In this document: positions 25,882 to 36,550 of the stretch, in pieces
Layout of the letters: each line of letters starts with the position of its first letter
Numbering within the stretch: the first letter of the stretch is position 1
NCBI RefSeq assembly: GCF_028368995.1
Contig: NZ_JAQNDL010000002.1
Span: 673,724 to 737,723, forward strand
Direction: 5' to 3'
DNA: 64,000 bases
From: Nannocystis bainbridge
Lineage (GTDB): Bacteria; Myxococcota_A; Polyangia; Nannocystales; Nannocystaceae
Made by a program: the position numbers and the translations under genes
Notes under the pieces: generated by a model
Databases searched by the model: none
Told to the model about the DNA's origin: nothing
The model's input: the letters and a program-made list of their open reading frames with translations, nothing else

Positions 25882-26603
25882 GCACCTTCGTTCCTGGCGC
25901 TTCGAACATGTCCTCGCGGACAGCCCGTCAACGCGGCCTGTCGCTGGTCGAGATCCTCGTCGCGGTGACGATGATGACGATGATGACCGCCTCGGTCTAC
26001 GCCAGCTTCAGCACCACCGCGCAGAGCATGCGCACCGCCGAGAAGACCCAGCAGAAGTACGCGGTGCTGCGCAACTGCCTGGCGCGCATGGGCACCGAGA
26101 TCTCGCTGGCGTACCTGTCGCACAACCGGCCGCCGGTCGAGGACCTGCACTTCACGCTGTTCGAGGGCCGCGACCAGTTCTACTCCGACAGCCTCACGTT
26201 CTCGGCGTTCGCCCACGTCCGCATGCGCAAGGACGCCAACGAGAGCGACCAGTCGGTGATCCAGTACTTCCTCTACAAGGACCCGAACGACGCCAACCGC
26301 ACCCACCTGTACAAGCGGGAGTCGCGGCGGCTGATGGGCGACCGCCCGGAGAAGATGGAGGAGTTCTTCCCGGCCTACGTGTTCTGCGAGGACATCAAGT
26401 CGTTCGACGTCAAGTACTGGGACGTGAAGCGCATCGAGTGGCGCGACGAGTGGCGGACGATGAAGCAGGACATGCAGCCCAACCGCCTGCCCGAGCGCGT
26501 CAAGATCACGCTCGGCGTGTGGGACGCGGACCTCGGCAAAGAGGTCAAGTACGTCACCCAGACCCTCATCCCGATGCAGGAGCGCATCGACTTCTCCCGC
26601 TGA
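25878..26603 (+). CDS. gspJ: minor pseudopilin (GspJ-like)
   Basis: ATGA overlap with gspI stop; RGLSLVEILVAVTMMTMM prepilin-type motif; an in-frame copy of the CATGTCC palindrome lies at codons 9-16 (NMSSRTA). Confidence 0.55.
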   Translation: MSTFVPGASNMSSRTARQRGLSLVEILVAVTMMTMMTASVYASFSTTAQSMRTAEKTQQKYAVLRNCLARMGTEISLAYLSHNRPPVEDLHFTLFEGRDQFYSDSLTFSAFAHVRMRKDANESDQSVIQYFLYKDPNDANRTHLYKRESRRLMGDRPEKMEEFFPAYVFCEDIKSFDVKYWDVKRIEWRDEWRTMKQDMQPNRLPERVKITLGVWDADLGKEVKYVTQTLIPMQERIDFSR

Positions 26604-26616
26604 AAGGCCCCCCGCC

Positions 26617-27987
26617 GTGACCGTCGACGCCGACAACACCCCGCCCGAGAGACATGTCCGTAAGGTCAGGTCCGGCGTGGCGCGTCGACGCGGCGGCGGC
26701 AAGGAGCACGGCATCGCCCTGCTGATGGTCCTGGCCTGCATCGCGGTGCTGCTGCCGTTCACCGCCTCGTTCAGCTACACCACGCGCGTCGACTGGCAGG
26801 CCGCGATCAACCTGCGCGACGAGATCTCGGCGCGCAACCTGACCCGCGGCGGGATGCGCCTGTCGCTGCTGCTGTTCGAGCTGCAGCGCATGGTGTTCAA
26901 CCAGAAGCAGTTCCGGCAGATGCTCGGCACCTGGGACATCACCCAGGTCGCGCCGTACCTGATGTCGGCGTTCGGCTCGAAGGACGGCCACGAGGCCATC
27001 TCCGGGCTGGTCGGCCTCGACAACTCGACCTTCAAGGACCTCGCCATCGACCACGGCGGCTTCGAGATCCGGGTCGAGGCCGAGAGCGGCAAGCTCAACG
27101 TCAACTGCCTGGCGTCGTCGGGGCAGGGCAAGGACAACTCGCAGGCGCGCACCGTCGAGACGCTCGAGGCGATGCTGATGCCGACCCTCTACGACCCGCT
27201 GTTCGACGAGGAGAAGGCCGACGGTCAGCGCTACACCCGGGCCGACGTCATCAAGGCGATCGTCGACTACATCGACGAGGACAACAAGTCGTGGGACATG
27301 GTCAAGCTGGCCTCGTCGTCGACGCAGGAGCGCTACCGCTACACCGAGATCTTCGACCCGTACCAGCCGCGCAACTCCCGGATCGACAGCGTCGAGGAGC
27401 TGCACCTGGTCCAGGGCGTCGACGACGACCTGATGTCGGCGATCGCCGCCGACATCACCGTCTACGGCGCCTGCAAGGTCAACCTCAACTTCGCCAGCGC
27501 CGACCAGATCGCGCTGGTGCTGCGCCACTCGGTCACCGAAGAGGACAAGTGGAAGACCGAGGGCGAGAACTTCCTGATCAAGACGCTGCCGCTGGCCCGC
27601 TACGTGGTCGACACGCGGGCGATGAGCTTGTTCTCCGACATGAAGGCGTTCAAGGAGTTCGTCGAGAAGCCCGACAAGCTCATGAACCCGATGGCCGCGC
27701 TCGGCGGCGGCGGCACGAGCGCGCAGGCGCTGAACCGGGCCAACCTGCCGCGCATCCCCGAGGGCATGAACATCCGCGAGAACAGCGAAGAGGACAAGGG
27801 CTCGGGCGAGCAGCTCGGCGGCCTCAGCGACATCGCCACCATCGCGCCCGAGCGGGTCTATCGCATCGAGATCATCGCCGAGGTCGGCGCGGTCAAGAAG
27901 CGCCTCACCGCCATCTACGACATGCAATTCGTCCGCAGCGAGGGCGCGAAGGGCACCGGCGCGTGGCTCTACCTGCGCGAGGACTGA
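26617..27987 (+). CDS. gspK: type II secretion protein GspK
   Basis: RRRGGGKEHGIALLMVLACIAVL N-terminal signature of GspK, two helix-hairpin-helix like regions; start may be GTG about 26677 because first 20 codons are the palindromic repeat. Confidence 0.65.
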   Translation: MTVDADNTPPERHVRKVRSGVARRRGGGKEHGIALLMVLACIAVLLPFTASFSYTTRVDWQAAINLRDEISARNLTRGGMRLSLLLFELQRMVFNQKQFRQMLGTWDITQVAPYLMSAFGSKDGHEAISGLVGLDNSTFKDLAIDHGGFEIRVEAESGKLNVNCLASSGQGKDNSQARTVETLEAMLMPTLYDPLFDEEKADGQRYTRADVIKAIVDYIDEDNKSWDMVKLASSSTQERYRYTEIFDPYQPRNSRIDSVEELHLVQGVDDDLMSAIAADITVYGACKVNLNFASADQIALVLRHSVTEEDKWKTEGENFLIKTLPLARYVVDTRAMSLFSDMKAFKEFVEKPDKLMNPMAALGGGGTSAQALNRANLPRIPEGMNIRENSEEDKGSGEQLGGLSDIATIAPERVYRIEIIAEVGAVKKRLTAIYDMQFVRSEGAKGTGAWLYLRED

Positions 27988-28027
27988 CTCCCATGGCTCC
28001 CAACTTCAACCGCAAGGACTGCCGCCC

Positions 28028-29782
28028 GTGGCTCAGAAGTACGTAGGACTCGACCTCGGCACCTCCGAAGTCAAGGCCGTGCTCATCAACGCCGGCCTGC
28101 GCACCATCCAGGTGCTCGAGACGGTCGTCGAGCCGGTGACGCTCACGCCGCAGGGCGACACGTCGCTGGCGGCCGCGCTCGACATCGGCATCGCCGTGCT
28201 GCGCCGCCGCGGCTGGAACCACTACCCGATCGGCGTGGTGCTGCCGGGCAGCTTCGCGGCCTACCGCGTGTTCAAGTTCCCGTTCAGCGACCCGCGCCGG
28301 ATCGCCCAGGCGATCGCGTTCGAGGCCGAGGGCCAGTTCCCGGTCCCGCTCGAGAACCTCGAGCTCGACCACGTGCCCGCGACCGTCGCCGGCGGCGGCG
28401 GTCAAGCGCTCGCGGTCGCGGTCCGCCGCTCGGCGATCGACCAGGTCCAGGCCGCGTTCAAGGCCGCGACGATCGACGTCAAGCTGATCACCGTCGACGT
28501 CCTGGCGACCGCGCAGGTGCTCACCGCCGACCTGCCCGAGGCGGCCAAGGGCGCGCCGGCCGAGGCGCGCACGCCGGTGGTGCTCGGCCTCGACATCGGC
28601 CACGCGACCACCGACCTGGTGGCGTTCGGCGCCAAGGGCCCGGTCGCCGCCCGCATGCTCCGCCGCGGCGGCGTTCACGTCACGCGCGCGCTGCAGCAGC
28701 GCTACCAGCTCAGCGACGCCGAGGCCGAGGCCGCCAAGCGCGACAACGCCTTCCTGCCGCACCGCGGCCAGGGCGACCTGACGGCCGAGCAGATGGAGTC
28801 GGCGACGCTCGTGGCCCGCGCGCTCGAGCCGGTGGTGCGGGAGATCGAGCACACGCGGATGTGGCTGCGGGCCGAGTTCGCGGCCGAGGTGGTGCAGCTG
28901 CGGCTGTCCGGCGGCGGCGCCAACCTGCGCGGCCTCGACGCCTACCTGGCCGAGCAGCTCGGGCTGCCGACCGAGCGCGCCCGTCCGCGCGAGAGCCTCG
29001 GCCTCAAAGGTCTCGCGGGACATGACTGGACGGCCATGTCGGCCGCGCTCGGCGGCGCCGTCGGCTGCGCCCGCCGGCCGCTCATCCAGCTGCACAAGGA
29101 CGCCGCCGTCCAGCGCGGCGGCGACGGCAGCTGGATCGCCGAGCGCATCGCCACCGTCGCCGCGCTCGGGTTCGCGATCCTGGCGTTCGGCGTGGTCGAC
29201 ACCGTGGTCGGCATGAGCGCGCTCGAGGCGGAGCGCATGGCCTACGAGGAGGAGCTCGGCGAGGCCAGCAACAAGGTGTTCGGCGAGACGCTCACCTCGA
29301 AGGCCGAGATCGAGGACCGCCTCAACGCCGTCGACGGCCGCGACATCACCAAGCTGATCCCGCAGCGCGGCGCGCTCGACGTGCTCGCGGGCTTCGTCAA
29401 GGCGGCCACGCCGAGCGGCGCCAAGCCGCCGCCGACGCCGCTGCCGGTGGTGGAGGGCGAGGGCGGCGTCGTCTCCGACGACAGCTCGCCGGCGACGACG
29501 CCGACGGCTCCGGTCCAGCTGCCCTCGGTCGACCCGGCCTCGGGCATCGCGTGGGACGACGAGTTCGTGCTGTCGCTGATCGAGATCCGGCCGCGCGCGA
29601 TCCAGTTCCGCGCCTCGGCCACGCGCTCGTCGGCGCAGGAGCGGTTCAAGAACAAGCTGCTGCAGGCGCTGCCCTGCGTCATCCCGTTCCAGGTCGGCAA
29701 GGTGCGCGACGAGGGCACCAAGAAGGTGTTCGACCCCAACATCGAGCACGACTGCTACAGCAGCACGGAGACCGAGTCGTGA
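28028..29782 (+). CDS. gspL: type II secretion protein GspL (PilM-like actin-fold cytoplasmic domain + TM + periplasmic domain)
   Basis: N-terminus MAQKYVGLDLGTSEVKAVLI (PilM/GspL actin-like fold), central TM WIAERIATVAALGFAILAFGVV, periplasmic C-terminus; gene order. Confidence 0.6.
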   Translation: MAQKYVGLDLGTSEVKAVLINAGLRTIQVLETVVEPVTLTPQGDTSLAAALDIGIAVLRRRGWNHYPIGVVLPGSFAAYRVFKFPFSDPRRIAQAIAFEAEGQFPVPLENLELDHVPATVAGGGGQALAVAVRRSAIDQVQAAFKAATIDVKLITVDVLATAQVLTADLPEAAKGAPAEARTPVVLGLDIGHATTDLVAFGAKGPVAARMLRRGGVHVTRALQQRYQLSDAEAEAAKRDNAFLPHRGQGDLTAEQMESATLVARALEPVVREIEHTRMWLRAEFAAEVVQLRLSGGGANLRGLDAYLAEQLGLPTERARPRESLGLKGLAGHDWTAMSAALGGAVGCARRPLIQLHKDAAVQRGGDGSWIAERIATVAALGFAILAFGVVDTVVGMSALEAERMAYEEELGEASNKVFGETLTSKAEIEDRLNAVDGRDITKLIPQRGALDVLAGFVKAATPSGAKPPPTPLPVVEGEGGVVSDDSSPATTPTAPVQLPSVDPASGIAWDDEFVLSLIEIRPRAIQFRASATRSSAQERFKNKLLQALPCVIPFQVGKVRDEGTKKVFDPNIEHDCYSSTETES

Positions 29783-29811
29783 GCGCCATCGATTCCACCC
29801 TGTTCGGGTTC

Positions 29812-30384
29812 ATGTCCCGCTTCAACCCGCGCGAGCGGGCGCTGCTCGGCGTGCTCATGCTGGTGTTCTTCGTCACCGCGGTCGGCGTGCTCTACATGAT
29901 GCGCAAGAGCTCGTTCGACACCGCCCGCGCCGAGATCGCCGATCTGCGCGAGGGCCTGGTGCTGGTCCGCACCAAGGGCACCGCGTACGACACCAAGAAG
30001 AAGGAGAAAGAGGCGCGCGAGGCGAGGATCGCCAACGCCCAGCCGATCGTGTTCTCCATCCTGCTCGAGGAGGCGCAGAAGGACCTCGTCACCGGCACCC
30101 TGCGCGGTGAAGAGGAGCGCCAGGCGGTCGCCGTCGACGACAAGGGCCTGACCAAGCGCGTGGTCGCGTTCGAGGTCCGCAACGTCGCCCTCGAGGAGCT
30201 GCTCAACTTCCTCGCCAAGATCGAGGGCCAGCCGGGCAACATCCTGTTCGTCGAGCGGCTGATGCTGCGCTCGCCGTCGGCGCTCGAGGACCGCCTCAAC
30301 GCCGAGGTCGAGCTGGCCACGTGGGAGCTGCAGAAGCAGGACGAGCCGGCCGCGGCGCCGACCGTCGAGGAGGGCGAGTCGTGA
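29812..30384 (+). CDS. gspM: type II secretion protein GspM-like
   Basis: Small bitopic protein MSRFNPRERALLGVLMLVFFVTAVGVLYMM after gspL; alternative GTG start 29779 overlapping gspL stop. Confidence 0.5.
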   Translation: MSRFNPRERALLGVLMLVFFVTAVGVLYMMRKSSFDTARAEIADLREGLVLVRTKGTAYDTKKKEKEAREARIANAQPIVFSILLEEAQKDLVTGTLRGEEERQAVAVDDKGLTKRVVAFEVRNVALEELLNFLAKIEGQPGNILFVERLMLRSPSALEDRLNAEVELATWELQKQDEPAAAPTVEEGES

Positions 30385-31919
30385 AGATCCGCCTGCCCAG
30401 CCTCACCAGTCTCCGTCGCGGCGGCGACCTGCCCGGGCCCCCGCCGAGCGGCACCATGATCGCCCAGCCCACCCCGATCGGCGGCTTCGGCGACCGCATG
30501 CGCCTGTTCTCGCGGCGCCTCCGCAGCTCGGCCGGCTGGGTGTTCCTGGCCGTGTTCGTGTTCTTCGCCTTCGTGTGGCTGAGCCTCCCGACCCGCGGCA
30601 TCGCCTGGCGGATCGGTCAGCAGGCGCGCAAGGCCGGCTACCTCATCGACATCGAGGACATGTCGGTGCGCCCGTGGGGCAGCGCGACGCTCCACAACGT
30701 GACGTGGACGTACGCGCCGTCGCACCCGGGCCAGATCCCGCACCAGCTGGTGCTCGACGCCGTCGACGTCGACTTCTCGGTGCTCAAGTACTTGCTGCTC
30801 GGCAACATCGACGTCGAGGTCGACACCGTGCTCGACGAGGCGCCGATCCACGCCGAGTACGCGCGCAGCGACAGCGAGTCGAGCATCAAGATCGAGGTCA
30901 CCGAGTTGCCGCTCGGCTCGGTGCCCAAGCTGCAGCAGGCGCTCGGCGCCCCGCTGCGCGGCCTGTTCGCCCTGCACGTCGACATGACGATGCCGGAGAA
31001 CCTGTTCGAGAAGGCCGAGGGGACGATCGCGCTCGAGTGCGCCTCGTGCTCGATCGGCGACGGCGAGGAGCTGCTGTTCATCCCCGGCTCGTCGGGCATC
31101 ACCGCCAAGGGCATCACGATCCCCGAGATCGACCTCGGCACCCTGATCGGCAAGCTGAAGGTCTCGGAGGGCCGGGCCACCGTCGAGGACTTCAAGACCA
31201 AGAGCGCCGACATCGAGCTCGAGCTCACCGGCGACATGCCGCTCAAGGATCCGTTCTCGAAGTCCGAGTTCGCGTTCCAGATGAAGCTGCTGGTGACGCA
31301 GGCGCTGCAGGACAAGAGCGAGACGCTGCGCTTCGCGGTCCAGACCGCGGGCCCGTCGTCGAAGATGGATCCGCCCGACGACGGCTGGCTCGGCTTCAAG
31401 CTGCGCGGCACCGTCGGCAAGCCGCGCTTCATGGGCATCAAGAGCAAGACCGCCGAGGAGCGCATGCTCGAGCGGCGGCAGAAGAACGCCGAGCGCGACG
31501 CGGCCAGGAAGTCGCGCACCAAGTCTCGCTCGTCCACTTCGAAGAAGACCGACGAGAAGGACGCGCTCGAGCGCAACCAGGGGCCGGAGCTGCCGAACAT
31601 CGGCGGGGACACCGGCGGGACCGACCGCGAGCCGGAGAAGGCGCCCGACACCGAGATGCGTCAGGCCGAGCCGCCGTCGATGCCTTCGACCCAGCAGCCG
31701 CCGCCCGAGCCCGAGCCCGAGCAGCGGCAGGAGGAGCGTCCGCCAGAGCCGCCGCCGCCGCTACCGCCGGCGATGGAAGAGGTGCAGCCCGAAGGTGGTC
31801 AGGGTCAGGGCCAGGGTGATGGTCAGGGCCAGCCTGAAGCTCAGCCCGATGGCCAGATGCCGGCCGAACCGTCGCGCGAAGGCGAAGCGCCGCCGTCGAC
31901 GGACGCGCCCACAGGCTGA
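30381..31919 (+). CDS. gspN: type II secretion protein GspN-like with C-terminal Pro/Glu/Gln-rich disordered tail
   Basis: GTGA overlap with gspM; single N-terminal TM (AGWVFLAVFVFFAFVWL) then periplasmic domain, position at end of gsp cluster; low-complexity tail QPPPEPEPEQRQEERPPEPPPP, GQGQGDGQGQ. Confidence 0.45.
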   Translation: MKIRLPSLTSLRRGGDLPGPPPSGTMIAQPTPIGGFGDRMRLFSRRLRSSAGWVFLAVFVFFAFVWLSLPTRGIAWRIGQQARKAGYLIDIEDMSVRPWGSATLHNVTWTYAPSHPGQIPHQLVLDAVDVDFSVLKYLLLGNIDVEVDTVLDEAPIHAEYARSDSESSIKIEVTELPLGSVPKLQQALGAPLRGLFALHVDMTMPENLFEKAEGTIALECASCSIGDGEELLFIPGSSGITAKGITIPEIDLGTLIGKLKVSEGRATVEDFKTKSADIELELTGDMPLKDPFSKSEFAFQMKLLVTQALQDKSETLRFAVQTAGPSSKMDPPDDGWLGFKLRGTVGKPRFMGIKSKTAEERMLERRQKNAERDAARKSRTKSRSSTSKKTDEKDALERNQGPELPNIGGDTGGTDREPEKAPDTEMRQAEPPSMPSTQQPPPEPEPEQRQEERPPEPPPPLPPAMEEVQPEGGQGQGQGDGQGQPEAQPDGQMPAEPSREGEAPPSTDAPTG

Positions 31920-31951
31920 ACGTCGTCAAAAAGCAGCTCTCGTGCCAATCG

Positions 31952-31983
31952 GGAACCTCTCTCAACCAAAAGAGAAAGGTTCC
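31952..31983 (+). terminator. putative intrinsic terminator hairpin downstream of gspN
   Basis: ggaacctctctc-aaccaaaa-gagaaaggttcc: 12-bp stem (one mismatch), 8-nt loop, 33 bp after gspN stop; no clear U-tract. Confidence 0.35.
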
Positions 31984-32081
31984 TGAGGGGGTCTGCGGGT
32001 TTGCGCCTGCGCGCAAAGTATGCATTACACCCGCGCATCTTCCGCCCGCAGAGTAGGCGAAGCCCCGCGGAGGTACCGCCT

Positions 32082-33500
32082 ATGACGAACTTTGAAGAGC
32101 CCAAGCCGACCCGAATTCTGGTGGTTGACGACGAGTCAAGCGCACGGTCTGCACTCAGCGAGCTGCTGCGCGAGGAAGGTTATGAAGTCCAGTCCGCCGC
32201 CGATGGTTACAAGGCGCTCGGACGCGTCGACCAGTGGGAGCCCGACGTCGTCATCACCGACGTCAAGATGCCCGGCCTCACTGGCCTCGAGCTCATAACC
32301 AAGCTCCGTGAAATCTACCCTGACGTCGCGGTCGTCGTGATGACGGCTTTTGGCTCGGTCGAGGGCGCCGTCGAGGCGCTCCACCTCGGCGCCGACGATT
32401 ACCTCGGCAAGCCGGTCGATCTGCCGCAGCTGCTGATCGGGCTGCAGCGGGTGCTGCGTCACCGGGCGCTGCAACGCGAGGCCCGGCAGCTGCGCTCGGC
32501 GCTGGCGAGTCAGCGCGCCGATATGCGCGCCGGCGTCATCGGCCAGTCGAAGGTGTTCCGCGACCTCCTCGGCCTGGCCCGCCAGGTCGCCGACTCGCCG
32601 GTGTCGGTGCTCGTCACCGGCGAACGCGGCACGGGCAAACAGCACCTCGCGCGCCTGATCCACCAGTGGAGCGGTCGCCGCGGCCCGTTCGTCAGTCTGC
32701 AGTGCAGCGGCTTCACCGACGAGGCGTGCGCCCGCGAGCTGTTCGGCGTGCGCGAAGGCGGAGCCGTGCTGCGCGAGGGCAGGCTGGTCGAGGCCGACGG
32801 CGGCACGCTCTTCCTCGCCGACGTCGACGAGCTGCCGGCAGGCGTGCAGGCGGCGCTGCTGCGCTTCCTGCAGGACCGCACGTTCTGCCGCGTCGGCGAC
32901 AGCGAGCCGCTGCAGGCCGATGTCCGCGTGATCGCGGCGACCAGTCAGGAGCTCGGCGCGGCCCGGGGCAGCAAGCTGCGCGAAGACCTGTACTACCGCC
33001 TCAACGTCGTCAGCCTGCGCATGGCGTCGCTGCGCGAGCGCCGGGACGACGTGCCGCTGCTGGCGATGTATTTCCTGCGGCAGTTTGCGGCCCAGGCCCA
33101 TCGCCCGGTGATCGGCTTCAGCGAGCGGGCGCTCGGCGTGCTGCTCGGCTGCGATTGGTCCGGCAACATCCGCCAGCTCGAGAACAGCGTCGAGCGAGCG
33201 GTGGTGCTGGCGCGCGGGGCGGAGATCGAGCCGCGCGACCTGCCGCGCGAGCTGATGTCGAAGATGCGTGGTGACGACGCGGCGCCGGTGATTCCGGGCG
33301 CGTCGCTGCGAGAGATCGAGCGCTACGCGATCCTGCGGACGCTCGAGCACGTCGGCGGCAGCACCAGCAAGGCGGCCAAGATCCTCGGGATCTCGCCGCG
33401 CAAGATCCAGTACCGCCTCAACGAGTACCGCGGCGCTCCGCAGACGGGGATGCCTCCCGCGCTGCCAGAACCGCACGCGCACCGCAGCGCGGTGAAGTAG
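32082..33500 (+). CDS. sigma-54-dependent response regulator (NtrC family)
   Basis: [14 protein letters not shown] receiver, GERGTGKQ Walker A, sigma-54 interaction domain, C-terminal HTH ([20 protein letters not shown]). Confidence 0.85.
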   Translation: MTNFEEPKPTRILVVDDESSARSALSELLREEGYEVQSAADGYKALGRVDQWEPDVVITDVKMPGLTGLELITKLREIYPDVAVVVMTAFGSVEGAVEALHLGADDYLGKPVDLPQLLIGLQRVLRHRALQREARQLRSALASQRADMRAGVIGQSKVFRDLLGLARQVADSPVSVLVTGERGTGKQHLARLIHQWSGRRGPFVSLQCSGFTDEACARELFGVREGGAVLREGRLVEADGGTLFLADVDELPAGVQAALLRFLQDRTFCRVGDSEPLQADVRVIAATSQELGAARGSKLREDLYYRLNVVSLRMASLRERRDDVPLLAMYFLRQFAAQAHRPVIGFSERALGVLLGCDWSGNIRQLENSVERAVVLARGAEIEPRDLPRELMSKMRGDDAAPVIPGASLREIERYAILRTLEHVGGSTSKAAKILGISPRKIQYRLNEYRGAPQTGMPPALPEPHAHRSAVK

Positions 33501-33666
33501 GCCCGCGGAACGTCGAACCACCGCGGGCGATCATGGTTCGCCGCGGTGGTCGGCTGGCTGAAGAGACAGGTTCGAATTTCACCGATCCGCCGCGCCCGCG
33601 CGCGTGGGACCGCGCCTGCGAGGGGGGTCGTGGCCGCGTGCTACCTTCGATCCGTCGGAGGGCGCG

Positions 33667-36066
33667 ATGAAAGAGATCGAGATACGGATCGGGCGCGGCG
33701 CCAGGGCTACGCGGTTCGCCGCGGTCCTGGTCAAATCGGGCAGCACGGCCACCCGCAGCTTCGAGCGGTCGCGCAGCGGGGCGGGCGTGCAGGTCCACCT
33801 CACCGGCGAGCGCGACTACCACGTGGCCCTCGTCGCCGAGCCCGCGGCGGCCGACAAGGCGCTGCTGCGCGCGACCGTCGGGCAGAAGCTCCTGCTCGAT
33901 TTCCCCGGGCGTCGGGCCGTCCGCCAGCGCCTCGCCGGCCTCGCGGGACATGGCCTTCAGGACAGGTCAGAGCCGAAGGCTGCGGCGCTCGACCTCACCG
34001 CTGGCATCCACGGCGCAGCCCCGCTGTTCCTCCTGAGCAGCGGCGAGCTGGCCGCGGACGCCGACGGACCTGCCCCGAAGGACATGTCGTCGCTGCCGGT
34101 GTTCGTCGCCGCCGCGCGCTGGATCTCGTCGCGGCGGACCTCGAGCTTCGAGTGCCTGTTCCCGCCGAGCGCGTTCTTCCCCGACGAGCCGCTGCGCACC
34201 GAGCGATTGACGCCGACGCAGGCCAGGGCGCTGCTGCGGCAGGTCGATGGCGTGTTGACGGAGGCCGCCGCGAGCGGGCCGAACGCGGCGGTCGACGACG
34301 CCGTGCAGCTGCGCTCGGCCGCGCTGACGGTGCTGTCGCACGTGGTCGCCACCGTGCTCAAGGATCCCGAATTCCGCGCGGCCGCCGACGCTGCGGCCGA
34401 ACGCATCTTCCGGCTGATCGACGAGGAGACCGGTCCTGGCGGACGCGGCGAGCTGCGGGCGCACGCCATCTCGCTGCTGTCGCTGCGCGGCCCGGCCCTG
34501 CGCCCCGAACAACAGGCGCGCGCGCAGGCGCTGCTGCGCTCGCTGTCGCGGCAGGCCCCGCCGTACGCCGCGCTGACCGGGCCGTGGCGGTTCGCGCTGG
34601 CCTCGGCGCCCGAGTTCTTCCCCGGCGAGGTCGAGCTGCTGCAGACCAAGTTCGGCTTCACCAAGGTGGCCGCGCCCGAGGGCACGCCCGCGTCGCCGAA
34701 CCCGTGGGGCGACGGCTACGTGGTCCTGCGGGCGCCGTTCGTCGGCAAGGGCGGGCGCGAGTTCATGGTGTTCGCCCGCTCGGCCGCGCCGCGCGACGAG
34801 AACTTCGAGATGTCGCAGGAGTTCTTCACCGGCCTGCTGGTCAGCCGCCACGCCAACCTCGGCGCCTACGACATGCGCGCGTCGGCGATCCAGACCCCGC
34901 AGGTCGGCTACAAGCTGATGATGAACTGCCAGTGCGCCGGGCTGACCACGCGGTTCGCCATCGCCCGCATGTTCCCCGACGCCGACATCTTCTCGAGCTG
35001 GGACTCGACCTACTTCCGCACCGGCGAGGGCGACAAGGTGGTGGCGTCCGAGGGCATCGACTGCTTCGTGGCGATCCTGCGCGGCCTCGCGGAGGAGGAG
35101 GACTTCGCCGCGATCGACCGGCGGATCCGCAAGGCCCAGTGGCACCACCGCCAGAGCCGCACGCCCGACTTCGTGCAGTTCATCGGCCCGGCCCACCCGC
35201 TGGTGGTGGCGCGTTACCAGGACATCAACCGCGACGGCAAGGCCGACTATTACGACGGCTTCCTCGACTTCCGGCTGGTCGAGATCGCCGAGAGCCTCAA
35301 GGACTCGGCGATCCCGCGCGACCCCGGGGCGTCGCCGTCGCAGATCGGCGGCGAGGCGGCGCGCGGGCTCGGGTGGGCCGCCGGCAGCCTCAATCGAGTC
35401 ACGCAGTACTCTGAACTTTGGGACAGCTTGCCCGGGCAGGCCGAGCTCCTGTACGCGTTCCGGGCCGGCGGCTTCTTCAGCGGCGCCGAACCACCGCGCG
35501 ACGTGCCGGCCGGCAAGGGCCCGCGCGGCGAGCTCGGGCGGCTGCCGGCGGTGGTCCGCTACGTGCGCGAGCCGGCCGGCGACGCGCTCACGGCCGACGT
35601 GCTGTTCCACAGCCACCTCAGCCACAGCGCGCAGGAGCTCAAGCGCCTGCTCGTGGCCGCCGAGGCGTGGTGGCGGGCGATCGACCTCGGCTACCTGGCC
35701 GACACCACGCCGCTCGACACGCCCCTGGGCCAGCGCGCCGGCCTGCTGCTGCTGCTCGCGGGGCTGCTCGAGTTCCCCGCTGATCAGAACTTCATCGACG
35801 GGCTGTGGGAGATGGCGCTCGACATGCTGCACCTGCCGCGGCTGTCCCGCTCGCTGATCCGCCGCTGCAACAGCGACGAGGACCACAATGACGGCAACTA
35901 CTACGGGTCGGTCCGCGGCATCCGCGAGCTGGTCGGCACGGCCGAGGCGCCCGGCGGGGTGCTCAAGCCGGCCAACCCCGAGGCGTACGAGGAGCTGGCC
36001 GCGGCCGATCCGGCGATCGGCCGCGCCCGCCCGCTCGGCGAGGTCGCCCAGGCCGCGGGGCCGTGA
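33667..36066 (+). CDS. large hypothetical protein (about 800 aa), no signal peptide
   Basis: Long ORF with coherent GC3 codon bias; start MKEIEIRIGRG at 33667; contains possible Cys/His motif NCQCAGLTTRFAIARMF ... WHHRQ; no confident domain assignment. Confidence 0.5.
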   Translation: MKEIEIRIGRGARATRFAAVLVKSGSTATRSFERSRSGAGVQVHLTGERDYHVALVAEPAAADKALLRATVGQKLLLDFPGRRAVRQRLAGLAGHGLQDRSEPKAAALDLTAGIHGAAPLFLLSSGELAADADGPAPKDMSSLPVFVAAARWISSRRTSSFECLFPPSAFFPDEPLRTERLTPTQARALLRQVDGVLTEAAASGPNAAVDDAVQLRSAALTVLSHVVATVLKDPEFRAAADAAAERIFRLIDEETGPGGRGELRAHAISLLSLRGPALRPEQQARAQALLRSLSRQAPPYAALTGPWRFALASAPEFFPGEVELLQTKFGFTKVAAPEGTPASPNPWGDGYVVLRAPFVGKGGREFMVFARSAAPRDENFEMSQEFFTGLLVSRHANLGAYDMRASAIQTPQVGYKLMMNCQCAGLTTRFAIARMFPDADIFSSWDSTYFRTGEGDKVVASEGIDCFVAILRGLAEEEDFAAIDRRIRKAQWHHRQSRTPDFVQFIGPAHPLVVARYQDINRDGKADYYDGFLDFRLVEIAESLKDSAIPRDPGASPSQIGGEAARGLGWAAGSLNRVTQYSELWDSLPGQAELLYAFRAGGFFSGAEPPRDVPAGKGPRGELGRLPAVVRYVREPAGDALTADVLFHSHLSHSAQELKRLLVAAEAWWRAIDLGYLADTTPLDTPLGQRAGLLLLLAGLLEFPADQNFIDGLWEMALDMLHLPRLSRSLIRRCNSDEDHNDGNYYGSVRGIRELVGTAEAPGGVLKPANPEAYEELAAADPAIGRARPLGEVAQAAGP

Positions 36067-36106
36067 CGCGTTGTCGGCGAGCCAGGCGGCGTGGCAAAAA
36101 GGAGGG

Positions 36107-36418
36107 ATGCACCGCCTCACGCCCGGGCTCGCCGGGTTCGCCCTGCTCCTCGTCGCCTGCGCCGGCTCGGGGCCTCCGCCTCAACCTGTCCCGGAGGACA
36201 GCCTCCGCGCGGCCGCCCCCGAGGACGCGGGCGGCTCGTGCTCGGCCAGCGCCGAGTGCCCCGGTGCCGCGCCGGTCCGCTGCACCGGCAAGGGCGAGGG
36301 CCGCTGCCGCGGCGAGGACGGCGTCGGCTGCCGCTTCGAGCCGCTCACGGGCCCGCCGCAGACCCGCTGCTGCGACGGCTCCGACAGCTGCACGTTCACG
36401 CCGCTGTCGGGCCCCTGA
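36107..36418 (+). CDS. small Cys-rich lipoprotein, hypothetical
   Basis: aaaaaggaggg RBS then ATG 36107; MHRLTPGLAGFALLLVACAG signal peptide with lipobox LVAC; 10 Cys in about 80 mature residues. Confidence 0.5.
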   Translation: MHRLTPGLAGFALLLVACAGSGPPPQPVPEDSLRAAAPEDAGGSCSASAECPGAAPVRCTGKGEGRCRGEDGVGCRFEPLTGPPQTRCCDGSDSCTFTPLSGP

Positions 36419-36442
36419 GCGCGTGGGGATGATCGAGGCAGC

Positions 36443-36500
36443 TGTCTGAATCGACATGTTCTTCAAGGCATGTCTCGGAAGCCATGTTCTCGCTCGCGCT
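36443..36500. repeat. short array (about 3-4 units) of the 14-bp GGACATGTCC-family repeat
   Basis: acatgttcttcaag / gcatgtctcggaag / ccatgttctcgctc. Confidence 0.6.
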
Positions 36501-36550
36501 GACCAGGGCGAGCGCGCTTCGAGGTCCGGTGACCAGATGCTCGTTCGGAG

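Noticed and set aside
25431-26603. 390-aa ORF fusing gspI C-terminal region and gspJ
   Set aside because: Frame-shifted readthrough artifact; gspJ has its own ATG at 25878 with prepilin-type N-terminus
33500-33600. tRNA-like sequence (ggttcgaat) after the second sigma-54 regulator
   Set aside because: No cloverleaf. Only a partial T-arm-like string; the flanking inverted repeat cccgcgg...ccgcggg looks like a terminator hairpin instead.
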